From: Thermodesulfobacteriota bacterium
GTDB taxonomy: Bacteria; Desulfobacterota_D; UBA1144; Nemesobacterales; UBA2774
Length of the DNA: 64,000 nt
Assembly: GCA_035325995.1 (NCBI GenBank)
Contig: DAOKYU010000008.1
Coordinates: forward strand, 6,897 to 70,896
Direction: 5' to 3'
Shown here: positions 9,234 through 18,649 of the stretch, one piece after another
Position numbering within the stretch: position 1 is the stretch's first letter
Layout of the letters: every line of letters begins with the position of its first letter
The notes under the pieces: model-generated
What the model saw: only the letters and a program-made list of their open reading frames with translations
What the model was told of the DNA's origin: nothing
Database searches by the model: none
Made by a program: the position numbers and the translations under genes

Positions 9234-12200
9234 TTGGTTGATTTTTTCATTCAGCGTCCGGTTCTCGCAACGGTCCTCGCGATCCTCATAACGCTCATAG
9301 GCGGCATCTCCATTCCGATACTGCCCATAGCCCAGTTCCCTGAGATCACGCCCCCGACTATCAACGTATCCGCCACGTACACGGGCGCCAGCGCCGAAGT
9401 CGTCGAGGAATCCGTAACCGACCCTATCGAAGAGCAGATAAACGGCGTCGAGGGCATGACCTACATGCAGTCCTTCAGCTCGAACGACGGCACCATGAAC
9501 CTGAACGTCACATTCGACGTCGGGTACGACCTCGACATAGCCAACGTAGACGTCACGAACCAGGTACAGCTCGCGACGCCCCTCGTCCCCGAAGAAGTCA
9601 GCAAATACGGCATCTCGGTGCAGAAGCAGTCGCCGAGCCTAATACTCGTCGTTCAGCTCATATCCCCCGACGGGAGCCGCGACGACATATTCCTCAGCAA
9701 CTACGCCGGCATACAGATAACCCAGACGCTCCAGAGGGTGCCCGGTGTCGGCAACATCACCGTCTTCGGCCAGCGTGAATATTCCATGCGTATATGGATG
9801 GACCCCGACAAGCTCGCCAGCCTCGGCCTCACGACGTCCGACGTGTCCGACGCCATATCCGAGCAGAACCTCCAGGTAGCGGCTGGAGCCATAGGGCAGC
9901 CGCCCGTTCCCGAGGGCCAGCAGTTCCAGTACACGATAACGACTCTCGGCAGGCTCGAAACAGCCGAGCAGTTCGGCGACATAATCCTCCGCGCCAATCC
10001 GGACGGAACGGTCGTCCGCATAAGGGACGTCGCCAGGGTAGAGCTCGGCGCCGTCACCTACAGCCAGGACAGCAAGCTCGACAACCGGACGGCCATCGGC
10101 ATAGGTATCTACCAGCTCCCCGGCGCGAACGCCCTCGACATCGACAAACAGATACGCGCGACGATGGAGCAGCTCAAGGAGAATTTCCCTTCGGGCGTCG
10201 ATTACAGCATAGTCTACGACACGACGGCTTTCGTCAAAGCCTCCATAGAAGAGGTCCTCATGACACTCTTCGAAGCCTTCGTCCTGGTCTTTATAGTCGT
10301 ATTCATATTCCTCCAGAATTTCAGGGCGACGCTCATTCCCGCCATAACGATCCCGGTCTCCCTGATAGGCACGTTCGCTCTCATAAACGCATTCGGATTC
10401 TCCATCAACACGCTCACACTTTTCGGCCTCGTGCTGGCGATAGGCCTCGTCGTAGACGACGCGATCGTCGTCGTCGAAAACGTCTCGCGCCTTCTCGAGG
10501 AAAAGGACATATCCCCGAAAGATGCCACGAGCCTCGCCATGAAAGAGGTCACCGGTCCGATCGTGGCGACTTCCCTCGTCCTCATGGCCGTGTTCGTCCC
10601 GGTCTCCTTCATGCCGGGGATCTCCGGCCAGATGTACAGGCAGTTCGCACTGACTATTGCATTCTCAGTCGGCATATCCGCCATAAACGCGCTCACGCTG
10701 AGCCCCGCGCTCTGCGCCATGCTGCTCAGGAAGGAACCGAGCAAGCAGAAATGGTGGTTCTTCAGAAAGTTCGACGAGGGCTTCGACAAGATGAGAGCCC
10801 ACTACCAGTCATTCGTAAAAACGATAAGCCTCAAGTGGAAAGTGGTGGTTCTCGTTTTCGTGGTCCTCATAGGGGTCACGGCATACCTCTTTAAAATAGT
10901 CCCGACCGGGTTCGTCCCCGAGGAGGATCAGGGGTACTTCATCGTAAACATACAGGGCCCCGAGGGCTCCTCGCTCCAGCGCACCAACCAGACAGTGGAC
11001 GAAGTCTACGAAATCCTCAGGGACATACCGGGCGTAGAGCACGTGATATCGATATCGGGCCTTAACTTCCTCACGTCCACCTCCGACTCCAACGCCGCTG
11101 CCGTTTTCGCGGTCCTGAAGCCCTGGGACGAACGAAAATCGAAAGAGCTCAACGTGGACTACATACTGAACGAGGCGAGGCAGAAATTCATGGGCATAAC
11201 GAGCGCCATAGTCGTCGCTTTCAACGCCCCCGCAATCCAGGGCCTGAGCTCCACCGGCGGCTTTCAGTTCGAGCTCCAGGACAGGACCGACCTGGGCATA
11301 GAGGTCCTCGCCGAAACCCTGATGAAGATGATAGAAGAGGGTGAAAAGAGGCCCGAGCTCGTCGGCCTGTTCAGCACCTTCTCGGCCAACACCCCGGGTC
11401 TCTACATCGAGCTCGACAGGACGAAGGCCAAGACGCAGGGGGTCCCGATCTCCGAGATCTTCAGCACGCTTCAAGGGTATCTGGGCTCGCTCTACGTAAA
11501 CGATTTCAACCTCTTCGGGCAGGTGTACAAGGTCTTCATACAGGCCGAGGCCAAATACAGGGCATCCGTCAACGACATCTCGCGCATATACGTGAAATCC
11601 TCGAACGGCGGGCTCGTCCCCCTCGATACCCTCATCGACGTAACGAGCATAGTCGGCCCGCAGACGATCTCGCATTACAACCTCTTCCGCTCGGCGGAGA
11701 TAGACGGCGACGCCGCCCCCGGCTACAGCTCCGGGCAGGCGATGAAGGCCATGGAAGAGGTCGCCGAAGAGGTGATGCCCGAGGGCATGGGCTACGAGTG
11801 GTCGGGCATATCCTACCAGGAAATCAAGGCCGGTAACCTCGCGCCCCTCATATTCTCTCTCTCGCTCATCTTCGTGTTCCTCTTCCTCGCCGCGCTTTAC
11901 GAGAGCTGGTCCATGCCGTTCATGGTCATGCTGGCGGTTCCGCTCGCGCTCCTTGGCGCCATGCTCGCCCAGCATCTCCGCGGGCTCTCTAACGACATCT
12001 ACTGCCAGATAGGCCTCGTCATGCTCATAGGTCTTGCGAGCAAGAACGCAATTCTCATAGTCGAGTTCGCGAAGCAGCGGCGCGACGAGGGAATGGATAT
12101 TCTCCAGTCCGCCCTCACCGCGGCCGAGATAAGGCTCCGGCCGATTCTCATGACGGCGTTCGCGTTTATTCTCGGCGTCTTCCCGCTCGTAATCGCGTCA

Positions 12201-12353
12201 GGCGCGGGGGCCAACAGCCGCCATTCGCTCGGCACGGCGGTCTTCGGGGGCATGATAGTCTCGACGCTCCTCAGCCTCATAATCGTCCCCGTGTTCTACG
12301 TCGTGATACAGACGCTGAGAGAAGGCGGATTCAGGAAAAAGCAGGCCCGGTAA
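9234..12353 (+). CDS. RND multidrug efflux permease (AcrB/MexB family)
   Basis: 1039 aa. MVDFFIQRPVLATVLAILITLIGGISIPILPIAQFPEITPP is the canonical AcrB N-terminus. 12-TM/2-loop layout, with the conserved FGLVLAIGLVVDDAIVVVENV motif in TM4. Confidence 0.95.
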   Translation: MVDFFIQRPVLATVLAILITLIGGISIPILPIAQFPEITPPTINVSATYTGASAEVVEESVTDPIEEQINGVEGMTYMQSFSSNDGTMNLNVTFDVGYDLDIANVDVTNQVQLATPLVPEEVSKYGISVQKQSPSLILVVQLISPDGSRDDIFLSNYAGIQITQTLQRVPGVGNITVFGQREYSMRIWMDPDKLASLGLTTSDVSDAISEQNLQVAAGAIGQPPVPEGQQFQYTITTLGRLETAEQFGDIILRANPDGTVVRIRDVARVELGAVTYSQDSKLDNRTAIGIGIYQLPGANALDIDKQIRATMEQLKENFPSGVDYSIVYDTTAFVKASIEEVLMTLFEAFVLVFIVVFIFLQNFRATLIPAITIPVSLIGTFALINAFGFSINTLTLFGLVLAIGLVVDDAIVVVENVSRLLEEKDISPKDATSLAMKEVTGPIVATSLVLMAVFVPVSFMPGISGQMYRQFALTIAFSVGISAINALTLSPALCAMLLRKEPSKQKWWFFRKFDEGFDKMRAHYQSFVKTISLKWKVVVLVFVVLIGVTAYLFKIVPTGFVPEEDQGYFIVNIQGPEGSSLQRTNQTVDEVYEILRDIPGVEHVISISGLNFLTSTSDSNAAAVFAVLKPWDERKSKELNVDYILNEARQKFMGITSAIVVAFNAPAIQGLSSTGGFQFELQDRTDLGIEVLAETLMKMIEEGEKRPELVGLFSTFSANTPGLYIELDRTKAKTQGVPISEIFSTLQGYLGSLYVNDFNLFGQVYKVFIQAEAKYRASVNDISRIYVKSSNGGLVPLDTLIDVTSIVGPQTISHYNLFRSAEIDGDAAPGYSSGQAMKAMEEVAEEVMPEGMGYEWSGISYQEIKAGNLAPLIFSLSLIFVFLFLAALYESWSMPFMVMLAVPLALLGAMLAQHLRGLSNDIYCQIGLVMLIGLASKNAILIVEFAKQRRDEGMDILQSALTAAEIRLRPILMTAFAFILGVFPLVIASGAGANSRHSLGTAVFGGMIVSTLLSLIIVPVFYVVIQTLREGGFRKKQAR

Positions 12354-12636
12354 AGCTGGGGCCACGCCGCGCGCCGCCGTCACGGCGGACCGGACAGCGA
12401 GCGAGGCGGAGCTCCTCTCCTCTTTCGGAAGAACGGCCTTACGCAGATGCTGTTCGGGGCTTCGAGGGACGGCTCGGGTAGGATCATCAAGACCTGCACG
12501 AACAAGGCCGCGCTCAACGGTTGTATCCAATTGTATTGCGTGTATTGCGGCTGGGCTCCGGCTCAGGTCGATTGCACCGAACCGTCGGTTGGGCAAATCG
12601 CTGCGGGCTCCGGAGGCCGGTAACACCCCCGCGGAG

Positions 12637-13287
12637 CTACTTCAAAATCTCCCCGGTCTTCTCGCTCCATAAGAGTAAATCGAGCTCGTCCATCGGAATG
12701 TCTATATCCTCCGAGAATCCCCTCAGCTTCTCTTCCGTGGATATGTAACTGTCCCTCGTCGAGGGCGGCTTCGGGCCTTCTATGACGCCCATCTCGTAAA
12801 GCGTATTGAGAATATGCTTGTCGAGGATCGCATACCCCGGAAAGCCGATGTTCCGGAGGAAGTGGCTCGCCTCCTTGTACCCTATACCCTTTATGTCCCT
12901 GTTCTTCGCGAAGAAATCCCTTCTTTCTACCGGGTCGGCAAACGACAGGACGAGCTTTCTCATGCCGAGCCCGTGCTCGCGCCTTAGATACTCCCTCGTG
13001 TGCACGATATACGCCGGCCTCCAGTTGGGGAACCTGTGCACACCATGCATCCGCTCGCGGAGGTCTTCGAGCTCCCCTTCGAGGAGCACATCCCTCAGGG
13101 CCTCGACCGACCTCATCCCCATCTTCGCGCTCGCCCCCGCCGTGCAGATGCAAAAGGCGAGCTCCTCGAATATCCTCCCGTCGTCGCCCGACTCCAGAAC
13201 CTCCCTGAACTCCGCGAGCCTCTCCCCGATTAAAACCCTTTTTTTGGAGTATGCACGCCTCAGCTTTTTATATTCAGCCTTTTTCAT
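12637..13287 (-). CDS. ogg: N-glycosylase/DNA lyase (8-oxoguanine DNA glycosylase, Ogg2-type HhH-GPD)
   Basis: HhH motif KGIGYKEASHFLRNIG with the catalytic Lys, and a downstream Asp (ILDKHIL). Size (216 aa) matches thermophile/archaeal-type Ogg. Confidence 0.7.
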   Translation of the reverse strand: MKKAEYKKLRRAYSKKRVLIGERLAEFREVLESGDDGRIFEELAFCICTAGASAKMGMRSVEALRDVLLEGELEDLRERMHGVHRFPNWRPAYIVHTREYLRREHGLGMRKLVLSFADPVERRDFFAKNRDIKGIGYKEASHFLRNIGFPGYAILDKHILNTLYEMGVIEGPKPPSTRDSYISTEEKLRGFSEDIDIPMDELDLLLWSEKTGEILK

Positions 13288-13342
13288 TGTCTCTGCTTTT
13301 TGAACGAATACCGGAATAAAGCTTTTCAGGAAGGAATATATT

Positions 13343-15811
13343 TTACTTGTAGATTGTGAGGCTCACGCCGGGCGTAAGCTCGGCCGAGTTCAGGTTGTTC
13401 CACTTCTTGATGCTCGCGACGGATACGTTGTGCCTGTTGGCTATGGCCCAGAGCGTGTCGCCCTTTTTCACTTTATAACTAACCACGTCGCTCGCGGAGC
13501 CCGACGAAGAAGAGCCGCCGCCCGGAATCACCAGCGTCTGTCCCGACCTTATCGTATTGCCGCTTATGTTGTTGGCACTCCTGAGCGAGGCGACCGACAC
13601 GCCGTTCCGGGAGGCGATCCCGCTGAGCGTGTCGCCCGACTTGACGGTGTATCTGGAAGAAGAGCTGGAACCTCTGGTGCTGGTCGCGGCGACGCTCGAA
13701 GAACCGCTCCCCGCGCCCGGGATCGTCAACACCTGACCGCGCTGTACAATCGTGCCCCTGAGGTTGTTCGCGCTCTGAATGGATGCCATGGATACGCCGT
13801 GCATCTGTGCTATCTTACCGAGTGTATCACCTGCCTGTACTCTGTACGTCCCGGAGCTGCCGGTGCTCGATGCGCGCTCGACAGGTGCGCTCGCCACTGC
13901 CTGCGAGGAAGACGAAGAGCCCGGAATGGTCAGCTTCTGCCCCCTCTTTACCACGGTCCCCCTCATGTTGTTGGCGCTCTGTATGGAAGACATCGAAACG
14001 CCGTGCCTCGCCGCTATGCCGCTCAGCGTATCGCCCGGCCTTACCGTATATTTCGTGGCTCCCCTCGAAGACGAGCTCGACGCCGAAGAACCGCTGCTCG
14101 CCGAATCCGCATAAACCGCCCCGCTGCCCGCTATGTAGGGGATCGTAAGCTCCTGGCCCGCCATTATCGTCGAGCCCCTGAGCCTGTTCGCCTTCTTTAT
14201 CGTGGAAACGCTTACGTTGTACCGCGACGCTATTGCACCCAGCGTATCGCCGGGCTTCACCCTGTAAGCGGTAGTTTTCGTTATAGCCGTTCCGCCCGAC
14301 GGCGTGTCGTAGTAGCGTCCCGAGGCTCCCGGTATCGTCAGAACCTGTCCGGGCCTGATGAGCGAGCCTCTCATGTTGTTTGCGCCCTTTATCGAGCCTA
14401 TGCTAACCCTGTGCCTGGCCGCAATCGCCCCGAGCGTGTCGCCCCTTCTGACGGTGTACCTCGCGGTAGACGTGGCGTTCTGCGAGCCGGACGAGGTCGA
14501 GGCCGTGCTTACGGAGCCCTTGAGCCCCGGTATTACGAGTGACTGCCCGACCATGATAGTCGAGCCCCTCATGTTGTTGGCCCTCTTTATGCTCGAAACG
14601 CTCACCCCATAGCGCCCGGCTATCTTCCCGAGTGTCTCGCCCCTTCTGACCTTGTGCCTTCCGGCCACAACGGTGCTCCTCTGCGCTATGGACGGGCTAA
14701 CGTCCGCAAGCGCATAGAGCTCCTTGGTCTTGCCGAGGGCGACGGCCGAATAACCTTTCGGCACGTTGATGTCGTACGGTCCGCCCGGGGGCGTCGCATT
14801 GAGCAGTATCGCGGGGTTGAGCTCGACGAGCTTGTAATGGCTTACGCCTATCACCCTCGCTATGTCGCTAAGGCTCTTCTGCGGGGGGACCCTTACGGTC
14901 TCGAAGTATTCCGGCTCGTGATAATCGATGCCGACGAACCCGTATTTCTCCGGGTTCTTCGCAATTATCAGCGCCGCCATAAGCTTGGGTACGTAGTTCT
15001 TCGTTTCGGTCGGAAGCGTGTATTCCGATATCTGCCAGAAATCGTTTATCTGATACTTGTCTATCGCGGCCTGCACCCTGTCCTCGCCGCAGTTGTATCC
15101 GGCCGCCGCAAGCTCCCACGACTGGAACATCGCGTAAAGGTCGCTCAGATAATCCGCCGCGGCCTTCGTCGATTTCTTCGGGTCCCTTCTCTCGTCGACC
15201 CATGCGTCCACCCTGAGCCCGTACCTTATCGCCGTCGGCTTTATGAACTGCCACGGCCCCACGGCGGCGGCGTGCGATTCGGCCTTCACGTTAAACCCGC
15301 TCTCTATCATCGCGAGATAAACGAGGTCCGTCGGCATTCCCCTCTCGGCCAGGATCGCGCTCATGAGCGGTATGAATCTGCCCGAACGCTCGAGCCATAT
15401 GCTGAACGATCTCCGCCCCTGGTTCTGGAAGTAAACCATGTAGTGCATGACCCTCTCGTTAAGCACTACCGGTATCTCGTTCTCCGTTTCGGGTACGACG
15501 TCCGGGAACTGCTCGAAAATGGTCTCTACGTAGTAGTATGTCTTCCAGCCCTGTATCTGCGGGTTAAGCATGAAAAAGCTCGACCTCAGGTCGTCCGCCT
15601 GCGAGGGCGAAGGCGAATATTCATCGACCATCTTTATGTCGGGGTGTTGCCCCCCGCTTTCGACGTCGATTCCCGGCATTGCTGACTGGGTTCTTTTCGG
15701 AGTGACAGATTTGCTTCCGCATCCTATTAGGACAAATGAAAGAGCGGCAGTAAGGAGTAAATACCTGTAAAACATTGGCTTTTTTTTATCATATTTCGAG
15801 ACAAATGTCAA
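13343..15811 (-). CDS. mltD: membrane-bound lytic murein transglycosylase D-like lipoprotein with 7 LysM domains
   Basis: Lipobox LIGC|GS; an SLT domain (ESGFNVKAESHAAAVGPWQFIKPTAIRYGL); then seven LysM repeats (YTV+xGDTLxxIAxRxxVS...L...N). Confidence 0.88.
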   Translation of the reverse strand: MTFVSKYDKKKPMFYRYLLLTAALSFVLIGCGSKSVTPKRTQSAMPGIDVESGGQHPDIKMVDEYSPSPSQADDLRSSFFMLNPQIQGWKTYYYVETIFEQFPDVVPETENEIPVVLNERVMHYMVYFQNQGRRSFSIWLERSGRFIPLMSAILAERGMPTDLVYLAMIESGFNVKAESHAAAVGPWQFIKPTAIRYGLRVDAWVDERRDPKKSTKAAADYLSDLYAMFQSWELAAAGYNCGEDRVQAAIDKYQINDFWQISEYTLPTETKNYVPKLMAALIIAKNPEKYGFVGIDYHEPEYFETVRVPPQKSLSDIARVIGVSHYKLVELNPAILLNATPPGGPYDINVPKGYSAVALGKTKELYALADVSPSIAQRSTVVAGRHKVRRGETLGKIAGRYGVSVSSIKRANNMRGSTIMVGQSLVIPGLKGSVSTASTSSGSQNATSTARYTVRRGDTLGAIAARHRVSIGSIKGANNMRGSLIRPGQVLTIPGASGRYYDTPSGGTAITKTTAYRVKPGDTLGAIASRYNVSVSTIKKANRLRGSTIMAGQELTIPYIAGSGAVYADSASSGSSASSSSSRGATKYTVRPGDTLSGIAARHGVSMSSIQSANNMRGTVVKRGQKLTIPGSSSSSQAVASAPVERASSTGSSGTYRVQAGDTLGKIAQMHGVSMASIQSANNLRGTIVQRGQVLTIPGAGSGSSSVAATSTRGSSSSSRYTVKSGDTLSGIASRNGVSVASLRSANNISGNTIRSGQTLVIPGGGSSSSGSASDVVSYKVKKGDTLWAIANRHNVSVASIKKWNNLNSAELTPGVSLTIYK

Positions 15812-15958
15812 TTTGGGCGTATGTCCCTTTAAGTATTTTTCTTAAATTTTTCAGAATGGGGCAAAAACTATATTCAATTATTTCAGGGCCTTGCGCTTTT
15901 CACGGGCAAAGCTTAAGAAATTCCTCTATCTATGCCCCGGAATCCGGTAAAAATACAC

Positions 15959-17221
15959 CTAATATACCGCCTGTGAAAAATAGCTTTTAAATTCGGCCGG
16001 TTTCATGTTCGCGGCCCTGGCGAGAGCGGCCAGTTTTTTCCTGTCCGTAAGGTCGTCTTCCCTCAGTTTTATCATGTACCTGTCCGCCACTTCATAGGCT
16101 TCCGTCCTGACGTCGACGAACCTTATCCTGGCCCTGTCCTTAACGGGGTCTATCATCTCCGAAAAGTCTATAGGCACCATTTTTCCCGTCTGGATGGTTA
16201 TGAGCGCCCCCGTGCCGCCGCCCATGAGGAACTTCACGGCGCTGTACCCGAGCTCCCGGGTGTACTTGGCGTCGAACGGAATAGGCGGGGCCGACCTCAG
16301 CTCGTACCCTATCACCTTGTCTATTACCCTTACGTCGATACCCTTTTCGGAGAGGGCCTTCATCGTCCTCTCCTTCAGGAACTCGCCGATATCCACCTCG
16401 GACAGCCTGAGGCGTCCGAACTCGTCCCTCTCCAGGTCCTGCAGCTCCTTTAAATCCTCCTCGTCGAGCTTCTCGGTAAGCCCCTCTGCGAGTATGGCGA
16501 CCCCGTCCGTCCTGCCCATGGCGAGCCTCTTGATTATCGCCCCTTCGAGCTTCGTAACCAGCTTCGAGAGCCTTACCTTCCCCCTCCCGAACTCCTCGGG
16601 TATCACGGTCAGCGTCGCGCCCGACGCCTTCCCGATCCCGAGCGCCAGGTGCCCGGTGAGCCTCCCCATCGTCACGACGAAATACCACCTCCCCGTGGTC
16701 TTCGCATCCTCCATCAGGTAATGGACGAGCCTCGTCCCTATGTGCCGGGCGGTCTCGTATCCGAACGTCGGAATATACGACGGTATAAGGATATTGTTGT
16801 CTATGGTCTTCGGCACGTGCGCGACCCTCAGCTTTCCCCCGGCCGCCTTTTCGAGCTTGTTCGCGAGACACATCGTCCCGTCCCCGCCGACGGTTATCAC
16901 GTACCCGACACCGAGCCCGAATAGTCCCTTCAGCGTATTTCTCATCCTCTCGGGAGAAGTCGTCGGGTTCGCCCTCGAGATGCCTATTATCGAGCCGCCC
17001 GTGTGGTGTATCCTCGAAGTGTTGTGGATGCCCAGCTTCTCCACGTGCGTCGCGTCCCCCTCGGCCAGCCACTTGAACCCGTCCCTTATCCCCACGACCT
17101 CGACGCCCCTGTTCGCGGCCTCTATGGTCGCTGCGCTTATGACGCCGTTTATACCCGGCGCGGGGCCTCCGCCTACGACTATCGCGATGCGTTTTCCCGT
17201 TTTCCTTTTAGCGTGAGCCAT
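15959..17221 (-). CDS. pfk: 6-phosphofructokinase (group III, possibly PPi-dependent)
   Basis: KRIAIVVGGGPAPGINGVISAATIEA...ITVGGDGTM...PKTIDNN are the PFK motifs. 420 aa. Confidence 0.85.
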   Translation of the reverse strand: MAHAKRKTGKRIAIVVGGGPAPGINGVISAATIEAANRGVEVVGIRDGFKWLAEGDATHVEKLGIHNTSRIHHTGGSIIGISRANPTTSPERMRNTLKGLFGLGVGYVITVGGDGTMCLANKLEKAAGGKLRVAHVPKTIDNNILIPSYIPTFGYETARHIGTRLVHYLMEDAKTTGRWYFVVTMGRLTGHLALGIGKASGATLTVIPEEFGRGKVRLSKLVTKLEGAIIKRLAMGRTDGVAILAEGLTEKLDEEDLKELQDLERDEFGRLRLSEVDIGEFLKERTMKALSEKGIDVRVIDKVIGYELRSAPPIPFDAKYTRELGYSAVKFLMGGGTGALITIQTGKMVPIDFSEMIDPVKDRARIRFVDVRTEAYEVADRYMIKLREDDLTDRKKLAALARAANMKPAEFKSYFSQAVY

Positions 17222-17295
17222 ATGCCCTCACCCGAAATGAATTCCCTGAATTATACTGGAACGCTTCCGCCCGGTCACTCCCGAAGGCCCCCGTC

Positions 17296-17991
17296 TCAAT
17301 GATAAAATCTCCTGCCGCCTCCGACCGCCCCGAGGCCGCCCCTGACGAAAAATCTCACGAGTATGAGCCCTGCGACGAACCCGCCTATGTGCGCCCAGAA
17401 CGCGACCCCGCCGATATCCGCGGCCCTTCCGAGCGAGCTCACGCCGCTCAGGAACTGTATTATGAACCATATGAATATGAACACCGCGGCCGGGATGTGT
17501 ATAAGCTGTATGAAGAAAAATATCGGCACGAGCGTAAGAATCCTCGACCTCGGAAAAAGCGTTATGTACGCCCCGAGGACGCCCGATATCGCTCCGCTTG
17601 CCCCTACCATCGGTATGACGGAATGAACGTTCGTCACGAACTGCATCGCGGCCGCCGCGAACCCGCAGACGAGGTAAAAGGCGAGATACCTGGCGTGCCC
17701 CATCCTTCCCTCGACGTTATCCCCGAATATGTAAAGAAACAGCACGTTCCCGATAAGATGGAGCCACCCCCCGTGAAGAAACATCGACGAGAAGAAGGGA
17801 TATATCCTTTCGCCGGCCGAAAATCCCGGGGCGAAAACGTCCGCCGGGACGAGCCCGTAGGCGTCTATAAACGCGTTTACCCCGGCCCCGAGCGAATATT
17901 CGTAAAGAAAAACCAGAATACAAACCGCTATAAGTGTTATATTAACGAATGGGATACCCGGCGTCGAAGTGGTGTCTCTGAGTGGTATCAT
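17296..17991 (-). CDS. rhomboid family intramembrane serine protease
   Basis: 6-7 TM helices, GASGAISG catalytic Ser motif, and a downstream His (AHIGGFVAG). Confidence 0.85.
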   Translation of the reverse strand: MIPLRDTTSTPGIPFVNITLIAVCILVFLYEYSLGAGVNAFIDAYGLVPADVFAPGFSAGERIYPFFSSMFLHGGWLHLIGNVLFLYIFGDNVEGRMGHARYLAFYLVCGFAAAAMQFVTNVHSVIPMVGASGAISGVLGAYITLFPRSRILTLVPIFFFIQLIHIPAAVFIFIWFIIQFLSGVSSLGRAADIGGVAFWAHIGGFVAGLILVRFFVRGGLGAVGGGRRFYH

Positions 17992-18103
17992 GTCGTTAGA
18001 TTATACATATAGGGCGCACCCCGGGCCACTTGCATTAAGCGCCCGATGCCTTAAAATGCTGGGGCGGATGCGGGCTGCCCCATAAGGATTCCGTAAGGGT
18101 TCA

Positions 18104-18598
18104 ATGTTCCAGAAGCTAAGAACGGATCTCGTAAAAAAACTCGCCGGCGTGAGGCTCGTTCTCGTAAACGCCGACGGGTTCGAACACGGTGGGGCCAACG
18201 GCAACGGCAGCCTGCCGGACGCGAAATATATTTCGGCTCTCAGGCACGGCGGCGTCGAATTCGCGGCCTTTTCCACGTCGAAGTCAAACGCTATATCGTC
18301 GGTGGCCGAAACGCTGGGTATAGAGCTCCACCAGGGCTTCCCCGGGGCCCTCGGCCTCTACGAAGCGCTAAAGTCCGAGCTCGGCGTGGCCGACAAGGAC
18401 ATCGCCCTCCTCTGCAGGGGGGAATCCGACATCCCGCTCATAGGCAGGGCCGGCTTCTCCGCGGCGCCGCCCGACGCCCCGCTCGGCGTTAAGGCCCGCT
18501 CCTACTTCGTAACGTATCATTCCGGCGGTTCGGCCGTGGGGGAGATAGCCTCCCTCATCTACGTCGCCAAAAAACACCCCGGCGGCTGGTCCGAATAA
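18104..18598 (+). CDS. KdsC-like HAD-superfamily protein with substituted catalytic motifs (possible pseudo-phosphatase)
   Basis: Collinear with KDO-8-phosphate phosphatase over its full length (TLGI.L.QG, L...G..D.P.....G.S.A..DA.......A.YV.T..GG.AV.E...L). However, motif I DxDG reads VNADG and motif IV GDDxxD reads GESDIP. Confidence 0.55.
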   Translation: MFQKLRTDLVKKLAGVRLVLVNADGFEHGGANGNGSLPDAKYISALRHGGVEFAAFSTSKSNAISSVAETLGIELHQGFPGALGLYEALKSELGVADKDIALLCRGESDIPLIGRAGFSAAPPDAPLGVKARSYFVTYHSGGSAVGEIASLIYVAKKHPGGWSE

Positions 18599-18649
18599 AA
18601 ACCCGGCATTCCTGAAATTCTTCCTGCAGCCGTGTGATAAAATATCCCT

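Noticed and set aside
9794-10894. Long antisense or alternate-frame ORFs inside well-supported genes (e.g. 9794-10894, 10809-11975, 16140-17072, 27657-28991, 51020-52999, 62561-63289)
   Set aside because: Arg/Pro/Gly-rich translations with no motifs, typical stop-codon-poor artefacts of high-GC DNA. Each lies wholly within a gene with strong homology support.
12198-13153. ORFs 12198-12626(-) and 12563-13153(-) overlapping the RND pump 3' end and the ogg gene
   Set aside because: They overlap better-supported genes out of frame. Low-complexity, Arg-rich translations with no start context.
13400-14700. Regular repeats that might be taken for a CRISPR array
   Set aside because: The repeats are in-frame protein-coding LysM modules on one long ORF. 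There is no repeat/spacer alternation and no cas genes.
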